This document shows, one piece after another, positions 8,616-18,787 of a stretch of 31,476 bases of DNA (position 1 is its first letter; every line of letters starts with the position of its first letter). Both the position numbers and the translations under genes were made by a program. Source of the stretch: Synechococcus sp. (GTDB lineage Bacteria; Cyanobacteriota; Cyanobacteriia; Thermostichales; PCC-7336); assembly GCA_051439605.1 (NCBI GenBank), contig JBFRWN010000033.1, forward strand, positions 1 through 31,476, written 5' to 3'. The notes below the pieces were generated by a model, which made no database searches, had not been told where the DNA came from, and was given only the letters and a program-made list of their open reading frames with translations.

Positions 8616-9152
8616 TTAGACAGAGACAGAGGTTTTATCGTTTTTTGCAAACGTTTTGTTGCTGTCACTGTCCAGAAAATGTTCGCTAGAGATCGCTTCT
8701 TTGTTGTCCACCAAGGTGCCGAGCTCGTCCATAAAGTCGCGCACCCCTTTGAATTGGCGATAGACCGAGGCGAATCGGACGTAGGCTACTTCGCTCAACC
8801 CCTGCAACCGCTGCAGCACAAGATCTCCAAGTTCTCGCGTGCTAATTTCTTGCTTGTCAGCCAGCTGCAATGACTCTTCTAAACCTTCGACCAGCTCTTC
8901 CATTTCCTTAACGCTGACGTCAGTCTTCTCGCAAGCGCGCATCACCCCTTTCAAAATTTTGTTGCGATCGAAGGACTCGCGAGACCCATCCCGCTTGATC
9001 ACCATGATGGGGACAAATTCGATGCGCTCGTAGGTTGTGAAGCGGAACTTGCACTCCATACATTCGCGGCGGCGTCGAACACTTTGGCCTGCCTCTGCCG
9101 AGCGAGACTCTAAAACACGAATATTTTGGGTGCTGCATTTGGGGCACTTCAT
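8616..9152 (-). CDS. nrdR: Transcriptional repressor NrdR
   Basis: MKCPKC...RRRRECMEC.RFTTYE zinc ribbon, ATP cone (VIKRDG..E.FDR.K) and VAYVRFASVY. Confidence 0.97.
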   Translation of the reverse strand: MKCPKCSTQNIRVLESRSAEAGQSVRRRRECMECKFRFTTYERIEFVPIMVIKRDGSRESFDRNKILKGVMRACEKTDVSVKEMEELVEGLEESLQLADKQEISTRELGDLVLQRLQGLSEVAYVRFASVYRQFKGVRDFMDELGTLVDNKEAISSEHFLDSDSNKTFAKNDKTSVSV

Positions 9153-9483
9153 GGCGAATTCAATCCTAACGAGCGAGTGGATAGGGCGTTACAACATCTG
9201 ATTCTGTGCAACTCAAGCAGTTGGGGAAAATGGCAAGCTGTCTTGCGCAAAAGCGGAATTTCTACAACCATTTTGCCCAAATTTGTCAAGAATGGGGGGA
9301 AAGACTTTAGAAAATATCCCAATTCGCTCATCAGCCTTAAGGGTGTCAGAGTTATGGCAAACCGGCGAAGGTATATTGGACAACCCAAAGCAATTGTTGG
9401 AAAGTTAGGCCCAGTTGGAGGAATAGCTGAAAAACCCGGTGGTAAAATTGTGTGACGTCTGATGCGAAATCTGTCTGCTTGCT

Positions 9484-9849
9484 ATGCTCAAATGCACCAC
9501 TCGCCACATTCACATCTTTGCTGGCGAAGTGAACGACAACGTACTCGTTCCCAGTGAAGATCGGCTTACCTTGGATGTCGATCCGGATAACGAGTTGAAT
9601 TGGAACGAATCATCGTTACAAAAGGTCTATCGGAAGTTTGACGAGTTGGTGACTGCCTACAAGGGGCGCGATTTGACCGACTACAACCTGCGCCGCATCG
9701 GTTCAGACTTGGAGCATTTCATTCGAGCTTTGTTGCAGCTGGGGGAACTCAGCTACAACCTGGACGGGCGTGCCCTTAACTACAGCATGGGCTTCCCGCA
9801 GGTTCCCGCAGAATCAGTCACCGATGAATTCATTCCCCCTGACCACTAA
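9484..9849 (+). CDS. ndhM: NAD(P)H-quinone oxidoreductase (NDH-1) subunit M
   Basis: MLKxTTRHIHIF, LTLDVDPDNE, YNLRRIGSDLEHFIR and NYSMG motifs. Confidence 0.95.
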   Translation: MLKCTTRHIHIFAGEVNDNVLVPSEDRLTLDVDPDNELNWNESSLQKVYRKFDELVTAYKGRDLTDYNLRRIGSDLEHFIRALLQLGELSYNLDGRALNYSMGFPQVPAESVTDEFIPPDH

Positions 9850-10012
9850 GGCTAATCAGGACTGATAAGGTCGATGACAACCACAGGGACATAGAAGCAG
9901 GCTAGTTAGAAATAACTGTGGTCCGACCTGCCTATGAGCCCCCTCTCTGGAAACATTGCTCGCTACAGCTCATCTCATTTCGTTCACCCCATTCTGGTGA
10001 GGAGTTTAAACA

Positions 10013-10438
10013 ATGGCCGAGGAGTCTAAGCAACCGCCCGCTGAGAAAAAGCCAGCCGCTGCAAAGCCAACCGCTGCTGGTAAGAAGCCTGCTACTGGCC
10101 GCGCGAAGAAGGAGAAGAAACCCGAAAAGCCCTTTGCTCAGGCGATCGCCGAAGACGTGATTCCCGGCACGATCGCAGCCTTCAAATCTCGCGGTATTGA
10201 CGATCTGGAACTGGTATTCGAAGACAATACCCTTGCGGGCAAGTTCAAAGGGGGGCAGCGAAAATTCAACATTCTGTTCAGCGACGCCGATCTGAATGCC
10301 TCTAAAGGCTTCACCTGCACCACTGGCGATGCCCCCGTCAGCACCATCGAGTCCTTCATGATCGACGAACGCAAGGTAACCCCCGAGTTACTTGTCCTGT
10401 ATATTTCTCAACGACTCTACGCACAGCAATGGGTATAG
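10013..10438 (+). CDS. ndhV: DUF2996 family protein (NdhV-like NDH-1 subunit)
   Basis: Lys/Ala/Pro-rich N-terminus, EKPF, and C-terminal IESFMIDERKVT..LLV....QRL..Q.W. Confidence 0.8.
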   Translation: MAEESKQPPAEKKPAAAKPTAAGKKPATGRAKKEKKPEKPFAQAIAEDVIPGTIAAFKSRGIDDLELVFEDNTLAGKFKGGQRKFNILFSDADLNASKGFTCTTGDAPVSTIESFMIDERKVTPELLVLYISQRLYAQQWV

Positions 10439-10510
10439 GGATAGGACTATCCTGTATCTTGCGAGAGCAATGGCAATGGCAGAGCGAAGTATTGACTGGA
10501 TGCTTTTGGC

Positions 10511-10735
10511 ATGAACGATATCGACCTTTCACATCCTGAGTTGCTGGCCTTCCAAGAGTGGGTTATGCAAGAAATTCAGCAGTTAAGCGTCTCTACCCTC
10601 AGGTCTGAGGCCATCACCTGCACTGCCTGTGGAGAAACACAGGGGACCTATATTATTGAGTACCGAGGACAAACCTTTCGACTTCCGGCTGCAGATGCCT
10701 ATGCCTTTCTTAAGTTTGTAGATGAAACCGCCTAA
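10511..10735 (+). CDS. Hypothetical protein (74 aa, one CxxC)
   Basis: Co-oriented ORF that fills the gap between ndhV and the HI0933 gene, with protein-like composition. No family recognised. Confidence 0.6.
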   Translation: MNDIDLSHPELLAFQEWVMQEIQQLSVSTLRSEAITCTACGETQGTYIIEYRGQTFRLPAADAYAFLKFVDETA

Positions 10736-10800
10736 GTGATTCGCTCAAATCTTTGCAAGTATCATCTTTTTGGCAATATTCCTGCACCTGAGGTGAGCTG

Positions 10801-12039
10801 ATGCCCTCGCTAAGGGTTGCGGTTATTGGCGGAGGTGCTGCCGGTTTTTTTGGGGCGATCGCCGCTGCATCTTCCCAAACCCAGGTGACCCTCTTTGAAA
10901 CAGGGCGGCAGGTGCTTTCAAAGGTGCGCATCTCCGGCGGAGGTCGCTGTAACGTCACCCATGCCTGTTTCGAACCCTCCTTACTCGTGAAAAACTATCC
11001 GCGCGGCAACAAGGCCTTGCTCGGTCCGTTGACCCAGTTTCAACCCCGCGACACCGTGGAATGGTTTCGACAGCGCAGGGTCAAGTTCAAGACCGAAGCA
11101 GACGGACGCATGTTTCCGGTCACTGATGACTCTGCGACGATCGTAGATTGTTTGACACGCACCGCCATCAAATCGGGGGTGGTGGTCAAGACGGGATCGC
11201 CTGTCTTGCGAGTGGAGCGTAACAACTCCCAGTTCACCCTCCAGCTGAAGTCTGGGGAACAGTGGGAATGCAATCGCATTTTATTAGCCAGCGGAAGCAG
11301 CCCTCAGGGCTATCGTCTAGCCCAGCAGCTAGGCCATCGGATTATTTCCCCAGTGCCATCGTTATTTACCTTCAGGATGGAGGACGATCGCCTGCAAGGG
11401 CTAGCAGGAGTCTCGGTTCCCGAAGTGGCACTGAAACTCGAAACCTCTGACAAAGTAAAGCTGGAGCAAACGGGACCGCTGTTAGTCACCCACTGGGGAC
11501 TGAGTGGACCGGCAGTGCTTAAGCTGTCCGCTTGGGGAGCGAGATCGCTGCATGACAGCCATTACCAAGCAACTCTCACCATAAATTGGACACCGAACAT
11601 CAAAGCGGATGAGGTACGTCAGCTTTTGCTAGATCTAAAACTAACGGCGTCTAAACGTACGATTGCCTCCCGCCCAGCGATGCAGTTGCCCAAGCGCCTG
11701 TGGCAATCCCTGACCCAAGCCTCGGGTATTCCCCCCGCGTTTCGCTGGGCGGATTTGTCCAAGAAAAGTCTCAATCGACTGGTGCAAGAACTCACTCAGG
11801 GTCGCTACGAAGTGCGGGGGAAAGGGCAGTTCAAAGAGGAGTTTGTCACCTGTGGGGGTGTGGACTTGAAACAGGTGAATTTCAAGACGATGGAAAGCCG
11901 TTGCTGTCCGGGTCTGTACTTGGCGGGAGAAGTACTGGACATCGATGGGGTGACGGGGGGATTTAATTTTCAGAGTGCCTGGACTACCAGTTGGATTGCT
12001 GGAAAGGCGATCGCTCACAGCACTTCGACAAACTGCTAG
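10801..12039 (+). CDS. HI0933/BaiN-family NAD(P)/FAD-dependent oxidoreductase
   Basis: GGGAAG, KVRISGGGRCNVT, GRMFP, LVTHWGLSGPA, FVTCGGV and GEVLDIDGVTGGFNFQSAW. Confidence 0.95.
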   Translation: MPSLRVAVIGGGAAGFFGAIAAASSQTQVTLFETGRQVLSKVRISGGGRCNVTHACFEPSLLVKNYPRGNKALLGPLTQFQPRDTVEWFRQRRVKFKTEADGRMFPVTDDSATIVDCLTRTAIKSGVVVKTGSPVLRVERNNSQFTLQLKSGEQWECNRILLASGSSPQGYRLAQQLGHRIISPVPSLFTFRMEDDRLQGLAGVSVPEVALKLETSDKVKLEQTGPLLVTHWGLSGPAVLKLSAWGARSLHDSHYQATLTINWTPNIKADEVRQLLLDLKLTASKRTIASRPAMQLPKRLWQSLTQASGIPPAFRWADLSKKSLNRLVQELTQGRYEVRGKGQFKEEFVTCGGVDLKQVNFKTMESRCCPGLYLAGEVLDIDGVTGGFNFQSAWTTSWIAGKAIAHSTSTNC

Positions 12040-12068
12040 TGTGAAACCAACTTCACTCGCCCGTTGCC

Positions 12069-13904
12069 ATGTCCGTTACCCCCCAAATGCGCCCTCAGTC
12101 TTCTGTCGATCGCCAAATTAGCCCAGAAACCATTGAGACTATTCGCCAGCATTATTGGGTACGCATGCCCGAACCCGCTAACCACCTGTTTGAGGTAGAG
12201 CTGCGGTTAACAGACATTGCCCCCACAGAACCTATCGTCCTCAGGTTTCCAGCCTGGACTCCAGGTTCTTACCTGCTGCGGGAATATTCCCGCCATCTGC
12301 AAGAGTTCAGCGTGGTTGACGCTAGCGATCGCCCCGTGCCCTTCATCCGTTTAGACAAAAATACCTGGCAGATTGCCCCCACCCATACCCCCCATCTACG
12401 CATTTATTACCGCATCTACGCCAACGACCTAACAGTACGCACCAACCATCTGGATACCACCCACGGCTATTTCAACGGTGCCTCTACCTTTCTCTATTGC
12501 AAGGGGCGCGAGCAGGAGGCGATCGCCCTGACAATCTGTCCCCCCGAGCCCAGTTGGAACATTGCCACCTCTCTGATAGCAAGTCGTGAGGCCGCTGAGG
12601 TTGGACAACCGCAAACCTTTTACGCCCAAAACTTTGACGAGCTAATTGATAGCCCCGTGGAAGTGGGCCAACACCGCATTAAGTCGTTCGAGGTGCAGGG
12701 CAAGCCCCATCGGTTCGTGGTCTGGGGGGAGGGCAACGAGGATTTAAATGCGATCGTCACAGCGACCCAATCGATTGTAGCCACAGAAGCAGACCTGTTT
12801 GGCGGACTTCCCTACGACAGCTACATGTTTTTGCTGCACCTAACGGGTAAGGGAGGAGGAGGCTTAGAACATAAAAATTGCACCTCACTGCTTTATCCTC
12901 GATTCGGGTTCCAAAACCAAGAGCGCTACGATCGCTTTCTCTCCTTGGTAGCCCACGAGTTTTTCCACCTGTGGAACGTCAAGCGCCTGCGTCCCAAAGC
13001 GATTGAGACGTTTGATTACACCCAAGAAAACTACTTCCGCTGTTTGTGGTTCTGCGAGGGCACCACCAGCTATTACGACACCCTCATTTTGCGGCGAGCC
13101 AATCTGATCACCGTTGAGACCTACCTCAAGTTGTTGGGAGATCGGATTGGAAAGCTGCAAAACACTCCCGGTCGCCAGGTGCAGTCTTTGGTGGATTCCA
13201 GCTATGACACCTGGATTAAGCTCTATCGTCCGACAGAGAACAGCTCCAACAGTCAAATCTCCTATTACCTGAAAGGGGAAATTGTGACTGCACTGCTAGA
13301 TTTAACCATCCGCACCCAGTCTGAAGGCAACAATTCCCTCGACACCGTTATGCGCGATATGTGGCAGCGGTTCGGACAATTCGAGCAAGGTTACAGTGAC
13401 GAAGAGTTGAAGCAAGTGTTTGAATCTGCCGCAACGAATTCTTTGGATGAGTTTTTTGCTAGCTATATCGAGGGCACCCGAGAGCTTGATTACAATCACT
13501 ATCTCGAACCCTTCGGCCTGCAGCTTAACGCCATAGTCCCCCCCGAAACGCCTCCCTACTTGGGTATCGCGACCGCCACAGACAATGGCACAAACACCAT
13601 TAAATCGGTGACAATGGGTTCCCCCGCCCAACAAGCGGGGATTTGGGCAGGGGATGAGTTGGTGGCGATCGCGGGTTATAAAGTCACAGCAGACAGTTGG
13701 TCGGAACGACTCAAAAGCTACAAGCCAGGTCAAACCATTTCGGTTACGGTGTTTCAACGAGAGGAACTCAAAACCTTTCCGGTAAAACTCGTTGAGCCCT
13801 CACCCAGCAAGTACTCCATTGTGCCCCTCCCCGAGATCTCGTCCGATCAACGCGAACGGTGCCTGCAATGGTTGGGAGATTTCCCACAAATTGCCCAACC
13901 GTAG
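12069..13904 (+). CDS. M61 family (glycyl aminopeptidase-like) metallopeptidase with C-terminal PDZ domain
   Basis: PAWTPGSY, GGGLEH, zinc motif HEFFH plus WFCEG, ISYYLKG and PDZ segment GSPAQQAGIWAGDELVAI. Confidence 0.93.
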   Translation: MSVTPQMRPQSSVDRQISPETIETIRQHYWVRMPEPANHLFEVELRLTDIAPTEPIVLRFPAWTPGSYLLREYSRHLQEFSVVDASDRPVPFIRLDKNTWQIAPTHTPHLRIYYRIYANDLTVRTNHLDTTHGYFNGASTFLYCKGREQEAIALTICPPEPSWNIATSLIASREAAEVGQPQTFYAQNFDELIDSPVEVGQHRIKSFEVQGKPHRFVVWGEGNEDLNAIVTATQSIVATEADLFGGLPYDSYMFLLHLTGKGGGGLEHKNCTSLLYPRFGFQNQERYDRFLSLVAHEFFHLWNVKRLRPKAIETFDYTQENYFRCLWFCEGTTSYYDTLILRRANLITVETYLKLLGDRIGKLQNTPGRQVQSLVDSSYDTWIKLYRPTENSSNSQISYYLKGEIVTALLDLTIRTQSEGNNSLDTVMRDMWQRFGQFEQGYSDEELKQVFESAATNSLDEFFASYIEGTRELDYNHYLEPFGLQLNAIVPPETPPYLGIATATDNGTNTIKSVTMGSPAQQAGIWAGDELVAIAGYKVTADSWSERLKSYKPGQTISVTVFQREELKTFPVKLVEPSPSKYSIVPLPEISSDQRERCLQWLGDFPQIAQP

Positions 13905-14015
13905 TTTATAAAAGGGCTAGCCTTTAGTTCCTCACTGAGTCTGATTACTGTTGTGGGAAATCGTTTCAATGTCTTCGCCGCCAGAAATTCACTGGCTTTG
14001 GACATTATCTGCAAA

Positions 14016-14082
14016 ATTTACTTGCTCTGAGAGCTCCCTTAACCTGCCGTTAACCAATTGGCACACAATACCGCGCTAGTGT
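14016..14082 (+). promoter_or_regulatory. Putative Pho box (SphR/PhoB site) and -10 element of pstCAB
   Basis: CTTAACCT (14038-14045) and GTTAACCA (14049-14056) lie at an 11-bp period and match the cyanobacterial PyTTAAPyPy(T/A) repeat. An in-phase weaker ATTTACTT is at 14016, and TAGTGT is at 14077. Confidence 0.75.
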
Positions 14083-14200
14083 ATCGATGACTGTTCGTTT
14101 AAAGCAAACATCACCCGGCCGTTAGTTGAATCCACTGAGATCGACTTTGCACTCGTTGGTTTAATCTCTACCGCCCTACCGATTACCTTGCTTATCTTCT

Positions 14201-15412
14201 ATGCCAACTACCGATAGCCAGACCGGCCTGTCGATGCGTCAGGCCTTAAGCCGAGACCCCAAAAGGGATCTGCGCGGGCAGCTAATTGCACTTTCAATGT
14301 TGTTGTGTGCTGTCTTTTGTATTGTTGTCACCCTCGGTATCGTTTTCGTGCTGATGGAGACCTCGATAGAGTTTTTTAGCAACGAGCTGTTCGAGTCCAT
14401 TGGTTTTTTGCAGAAAACCACCCGTCAGTTTGCAGTTGATGCAGGACTCAGCGGAACGGAGCTCAATGAGGTTCTCCGCATTGCAGTCGACAGCCGAGAG
14501 CGGACCCTAAACAAAATTGCCGAAGCTATTCCCAACCTCGACCCCGAGCAGTTCAAAATTGCTCTCGAACAAAACATCGCTGCGGCCAGCAACTTCGAGA
14601 GGCTCTGGACTACTGTTAGCACCGCCTTTTCCCGCTTCTTCCTAGACAATCGCTGGACTCCGTTATTTGCGAGCAAGCGATTTGGCATCTGGCCGCTGGT
14701 TAACGGCACCTTGTTGGTCACAGCTGTCGCCATGTTGGTGGCCACTCCGCTGGGGTTAATGACAGCCATTTATCTGGGCATGTATGCTCCCAAGCGATTG
14801 ACGGCGGTCCTAAGACCGATGGTAGAATTGCTGGCCGGCGTCCCCACCGTGGTGTACGGCTTTTTCGCGTTAGTTTACGTCACTCCCATAATTCAGGGCA
14901 TATTGCCCGACACTGCAATTTTTAATGCAGCCAGTGCGGGCATCATGATGGGTCTGATGATTTTGCCGACCGTGGGCTCCATCAGCCTAGATGCAATCAC
15001 GTCTGTTCCCCAGGCGTTGCACAACGGCGCTTACGGGGTGGGGGCAACTAAGATGGAGGTGATCACTAAGATTGTACTGCCTGCAGCCATCTCTGGCATT
15101 GCCGCTTCAGTCATTCTGGGTATTTCTCGCGCGGTTGGAGAAACCATGATTGTGACCATTGCCGCAGGTCAGAAACCTTTGCTGTACAGCGGTGACACAG
15201 TCCTAGAGAATCTCGGCATCATTGCCAATCCTTTCCAATCGATCGCCACCATGACCGCCTACATTGCGCAGGTAAGTCTCGGAGATGCTCCCTACGGCAG
15301 CGTTGAGTACGAAACCCTGTTTGCTGTGGGGTTGGTTTTGTTCGTCATGACCCTAAGCATGAACGTGATTAGCCGCATGATTGCCAGCCGCATTCGAGAG
15401 GAGTACGAGTAA
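14201..15412 (+). CDS. pstC: Phosphate ABC transporter permease PstC (with long loop insertion)
   Basis: WTP...[22 protein letters not shown] and SRAVGETM motifs. Confidence 0.95.
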   Translation: MPTTDSQTGLSMRQALSRDPKRDLRGQLIALSMLLCAVFCIVVTLGIVFVLMETSIEFFSNELFESIGFLQKTTRQFAVDAGLSGTELNEVLRIAVDSRERTLNKIAEAIPNLDPEQFKIALEQNIAAASNFERLWTTVSTAFSRFFLDNRWTPLFASKRFGIWPLVNGTLLVTAVAMLVATPLGLMTAIYLGMYAPKRLTAVLRPMVELLAGVPTVVYGFFALVYVTPIIQGILPDTAIFNAASAGIMMGLMILPTVGSISLDAITSVPQALHNGAYGVGATKMEVITKIVLPAAISGIAASVILGISRAVGETMIVTIAAGQKPLLYSGDTVLENLGIIANPFQSIATMTAYIAQVSLGDAPYGSVEYETLFAVGLVLFVMTLSMNVISRMIASRIREEYE

Positions 15413-15415
15413 GCT

Positions 15416-16339
15416 ATGGCGGGATCTTTTAATAGCCTGGAAAGTGAAGATACGAGAGAAGGGTTATTTTCCCCTAACCTAGAACGTCGTCATCTGGCTG
15501 GGAACATCTTTTCAGTTATGTGCCTGCTAGGGACGCTGGTCGGGCTAGTGATTCTGACCGTTCTTCTGGCTTTGACCTTCGTGCAGGCCACAAAGTTCCT
15601 GAATTGGAACTTCATCACCTCTTATCCTTCTCAAATCAACCCCGAGAGCGCTGGTATTCGGTCACCGCTGTTGGGCAGCATCTACATCTTGGTCTACACC
15701 ATCTTGTTTTCGGTACCCATCGGGGTTGGGGCGGCCATCTACCTGGAAGAGTATGCTCCCAAAAACCGCTTTACCGAACTGCTGGAGCTCAACATTGCCA
15801 ATCTGGCGGGTGTACCCTCAGTCGTCTACGGTATCCTCGGCCTCGGACTGTTTGTCCGCTTGCTGGGCTTGGGTCGGGTTGTTTTTGCAGGTTCCCTCAC
15901 GATGGCGTTGGTGATTTTACCCGTCATTATTGTGGCTGCTCGCGAAGCAATTCGGGCTGTACCGAGATCGCTGCGGGAGGCTTCCTACGGACTGGGGGCA
16001 ACGAAATGGCAAACCATTTGGAATCATGTCCTTCCCAATGCCATTCCGGGGATCTTGACCGGTGTCATTATTGCGGTTTCTAGAGCGATCGGAGACTCGG
16101 CTTCGCTACTGATTATCGGAGCTTTAACCTTCATCACCTTCGACCCCAAGTTTTTAGAATTGGGGGGCTTAACCTCGCAATTCACGGTGCTGCCCCTACA
16201 AATATTCTTCTGGACCGGCTTACCCCAAGAGGCCTTTAAAGAGTTGGCTGCAGCCGGAATTATCGTGTTGATGATTCTGCTGCTGTCCCTCAACTCTCTG
16301 GCGATCGTGATTCGCAACAAATACAGCAGCAAACACTAG
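15416..16339 (+). CDS. pstA: Phosphate ABC transporter permease PstA
   Basis: AAIYLEEY, NLAGVPSVVYG, EAA loop REASYGLGATKWQ and SRAIGD. Confidence 0.95.
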   Translation: MAGSFNSLESEDTREGLFSPNLERRHLAGNIFSVMCLLGTLVGLVILTVLLALTFVQATKFLNWNFITSYPSQINPESAGIRSPLLGSIYILVYTILFSVPIGVGAAIYLEEYAPKNRFTELLELNIANLAGVPSVVYGILGLGLFVRLLGLGRVVFAGSLTMALVILPVIIVAAREAIRAVPRSLREASYGLGATKWQTIWNHVLPNAIPGILTGVIIAVSRAIGDSASLLIIGALTFITFDPKFLELGGLTSQFTVLPLQIFFWTGLPQEAFKELAAAGIIVLMILLLSLNSLAIVIRNKYSSKH

Positions 16340-16398
16340 TCCCGTCCAAGATTTAGCACAGCCTTCTTTGACTCTTACTTTTTTCGGAGATTTGCTCG

Positions 16399-17223
16399 AT
16401 GATGTCTTCCACTTACCAGGCACCTCCCGAGACAAAAAAACAGTCGGTACTAGAAGCTCAATCCGTCAACATCTATTACGGCAGCTATCTAGCAGTTGAA
16501 GGGGTGAATATGTCCATCCCCAAGAACCAAGTCACCGCCCTGATTGGTCCCTCAGGGTGCGGCAAAAGCACGATGCTGCGCTGCTTTAACCGCATGAATG
16601 ACTTGGTTGCCAGCGCTCGCGTCAAGGGGGCTATTCTCTATCACGGTCAGAATCTCTACGAAGATGGCATCGATCCAGTAGAGGTGCGCCGCCGCATCGG
16701 AATGGTATTCCAGAAACCGAACCCCTTCCCCAAATCTGTATTTGAGAATATTGCTTTTGGCCCCCGCATCAATGGCTTTAAAGGGGATAAAACCGATATG
16801 GCCGAGCTGGTGGAGCAGTCTTTACGTCAGGCGGCCTTGTGGGATGAGGTGAAGGATAAATTACAGGATAGCGGCTTGGCGCTTTCGGGTGGACAGCAGC
16901 AGCGGCTGTGCATCGCCCGCACATTAGCGGTTAAACCCGATGTGGTTCTGATGGACGAACCTTGTTCGGCTTTGGACCCCATTTCCACCCGTCGGATTGA
17001 GGAGCTCATCGAACAACTCAAGCAGAAGTACACCATCGTCATTGTGACCCACAACATGCAGCAGGCCGCTCGCGTGTCCGACATGACGGCCTTCTTCAAT
17101 GCGGAGGTGGACGAAACAGGAGAACGGGTTGGTAAGTTAGTGGAACTCAATCGCACCGAGCTGATTTTCAATCACCCTTCCCAAGATGCAACCCGCGCAT
17201 ACGTCAGCGGCCACTTTGGATAG
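16399..17223 (+). CDS. pstB: Phosphate ABC transporter ATPase PstB
   Basis: Walker [42 protein letters not shown] and C-terminal YVSGHFG. Confidence 0.97.
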   Translation: MMSSTYQAPPETKKQSVLEAQSVNIYYGSYLAVEGVNMSIPKNQVTALIGPSGCGKSTMLRCFNRMNDLVASARVKGAILYHGQNLYEDGIDPVEVRRRIGMVFQKPNPFPKSVFENIAFGPRINGFKGDKTDMAELVEQSLRQAALWDEVKDKLQDSGLALSGGQQQRLCIARTLAVKPDVVLMDEPCSALDPISTRRIEELIEQLKQKYTIVIVTHNMQQAARVSDMTAFFNAEVDETGERVGKLVELNRTELIFNHPSQDATRAYVSGHFG

Positions 17224-17252
17224 GTGAAACAGCAAATCTTTGTGAGGAATTC

Positions 17253-17282
17253 AGGGATGTGTCTTGCCACACATCCCTTTTT
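17253..17282 (+). terminator. Intrinsic terminator after pstB
   Basis: Perfect 10-bp stem AGGGATGTGT/ACACATCCCT with a CTTGCC loop followed by a T-run, between convergent genes. Confidence 0.8.
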
Positions 17283-17303
17283 GGTTGGTAAAAGGGGAGC
17301 CTA

Positions 17304-17771
17304 CTAGAGCATGCTCGTACATTCCAATAGCAGGCGCTTGTTCTCCAGGGAATGGGGCTGAATTTCCAGCGCTTGTCGGAAGGCTGCGATCGCTTCGCTA
17401 TATTCCGATAGGGCCATGTGACATAGCCCCAATCCGTTAAGAGCACCGAAGTGAACCGGATTGAGTTCCAAGACCTGCTTGCAGTCGGCGATCGCCTGGC
17501 GGTAATTATTGGTGATGAAGTTCAGAACCGCTCGTCGGTTCCAGGCTTCGGCAAAGTCAGGTAGCGTCTCTGTCAGTTCTGTGAGATGCTGTTCGGCCTC
17601 TTTAAACTGTTGTGCTTCGACTAGGTGTTGTGCACGGCCAAGCTCCTCAAGCCCCGCTGCCCCCTTTTGGTTAAACCACAGCTCCCACAGCCTGCGGGTG
17701 GCCTGCTCTCGAACTTTTGGATTGTTGTGCTTGAGATCTTCAAGTAGGGGAGAAATGCGAGGGTCGTTCAT
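17304..17771 (-). CDS. Tetratricopeptide repeat protein
   Basis: TPR motifs PDFAEAWNRRA, LNPVHFGALNGLG and AFRQALEIQP. The ATG at 17771 (MNDPRIS) is preferred over 17846. Confidence 0.88.
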   Translation of the reverse strand: MNDPRISPLLEDLKHNNPKVREQATRRLWELWFNQKGAAGLEELGRAQHLVEAQQFKEAEQHLTELTETLPDFAEAWNRRAVLNFITNNYRQAIADCKQVLELNPVHFGALNGLGLCHMALSEYSEAIAAFRQALEIQPHSLENKRLLLECTSML

Positions 17772-18502
17772 AGGGCCAATTAGCGCACTCCAACAGCCTA
17801 GACCACAATGCCAGCTTTCTCGTTGAGAAATAAGATATGCCAACACGGCTAGTGTATTAAACGTCTTCGGACCCCTTCATTCCAGCCTAGGCAACATAAG
17901 TAAGTTTGGGTTGCCCCCTTGCATTTAAATGAACTATAGCAATCGTATGAGACTGATCCCCTTTGATACGAGACAGGTATTTTTATCTTGCTGAACTGAC
18001 AATATGCATTGATTGCTAAGTTCAAAATTTAGTATGCAATTCTTAATCTTAAGTTCTAGACTGTTTGAATTGAGAATCGACAAGATGGGCAACCATAACT
18101 ATCAGCGAATACCCTGTCAGTAGTTATAGTGTTTGTAAAATAAATTCCATAAATTACTTAAGTATTCTCGGCAGAAGAGTTGATGGCATGGAAACACGAC
18201 TTGGTTCTAAAACGTTCTCCTGGACACCGTGAAATTACTGGCTACAGTCCGTTTTCATTGGTAGAAATTAGCATTGGATCCCCGTCAGGCAAATTTCTGC
18301 ATCCTTTGTAGGAACTGAGATAGAGTAGGTCCTATCGGTATGCCCTGCCTGTTATAGAAGCGAGCGTAAGCATACTGATGGACGACTATATCGGGTCCTG
18401 TGTTAGAGGTTTCACGCAGACGCTAGAGTAGATTTACTAACAGTAGAATTGCTTTGTTTCTGAACTTTAAAAGTAGTCTGAATTGAGTCTTCTATCTAAG
18501 AT

Positions 18503-18518
18503 TGTACGTGGAAATACA
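18503..18518. promoter_or_regulatory. Candidate NtcA-type site upstream of the chemosensory operon
   Basis: TGTA-CGTGGAAA-TACA is a perfect TGTA-N8-TACA, but there is no TAN3T at the canonical 22-nt spacing. Confidence 0.35.
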
Positions 18519-18787
18519 GGTGCATGTGTCGAGCGCCAATCCGATTCATTGATGTATAAACTGATATTCTTTTCAGAATGAAAGCTGAAAACTATCCCGA
18601 AAGGAATTATTGATTTTAGATTTGGGTATGAATACATCAGTTACAACTCTGCATTGCAAAGCTCAGTGACGACGTCAACAGAATTGTTGAATTGCGATTA
18701 CTGTGCCGATCTATTCAATGTTGAGTTTGAGGCTAATTCATGTCCAAAAGTCTGGAACACGACTTGAATGGTGGCAGAGAGGTCTGA

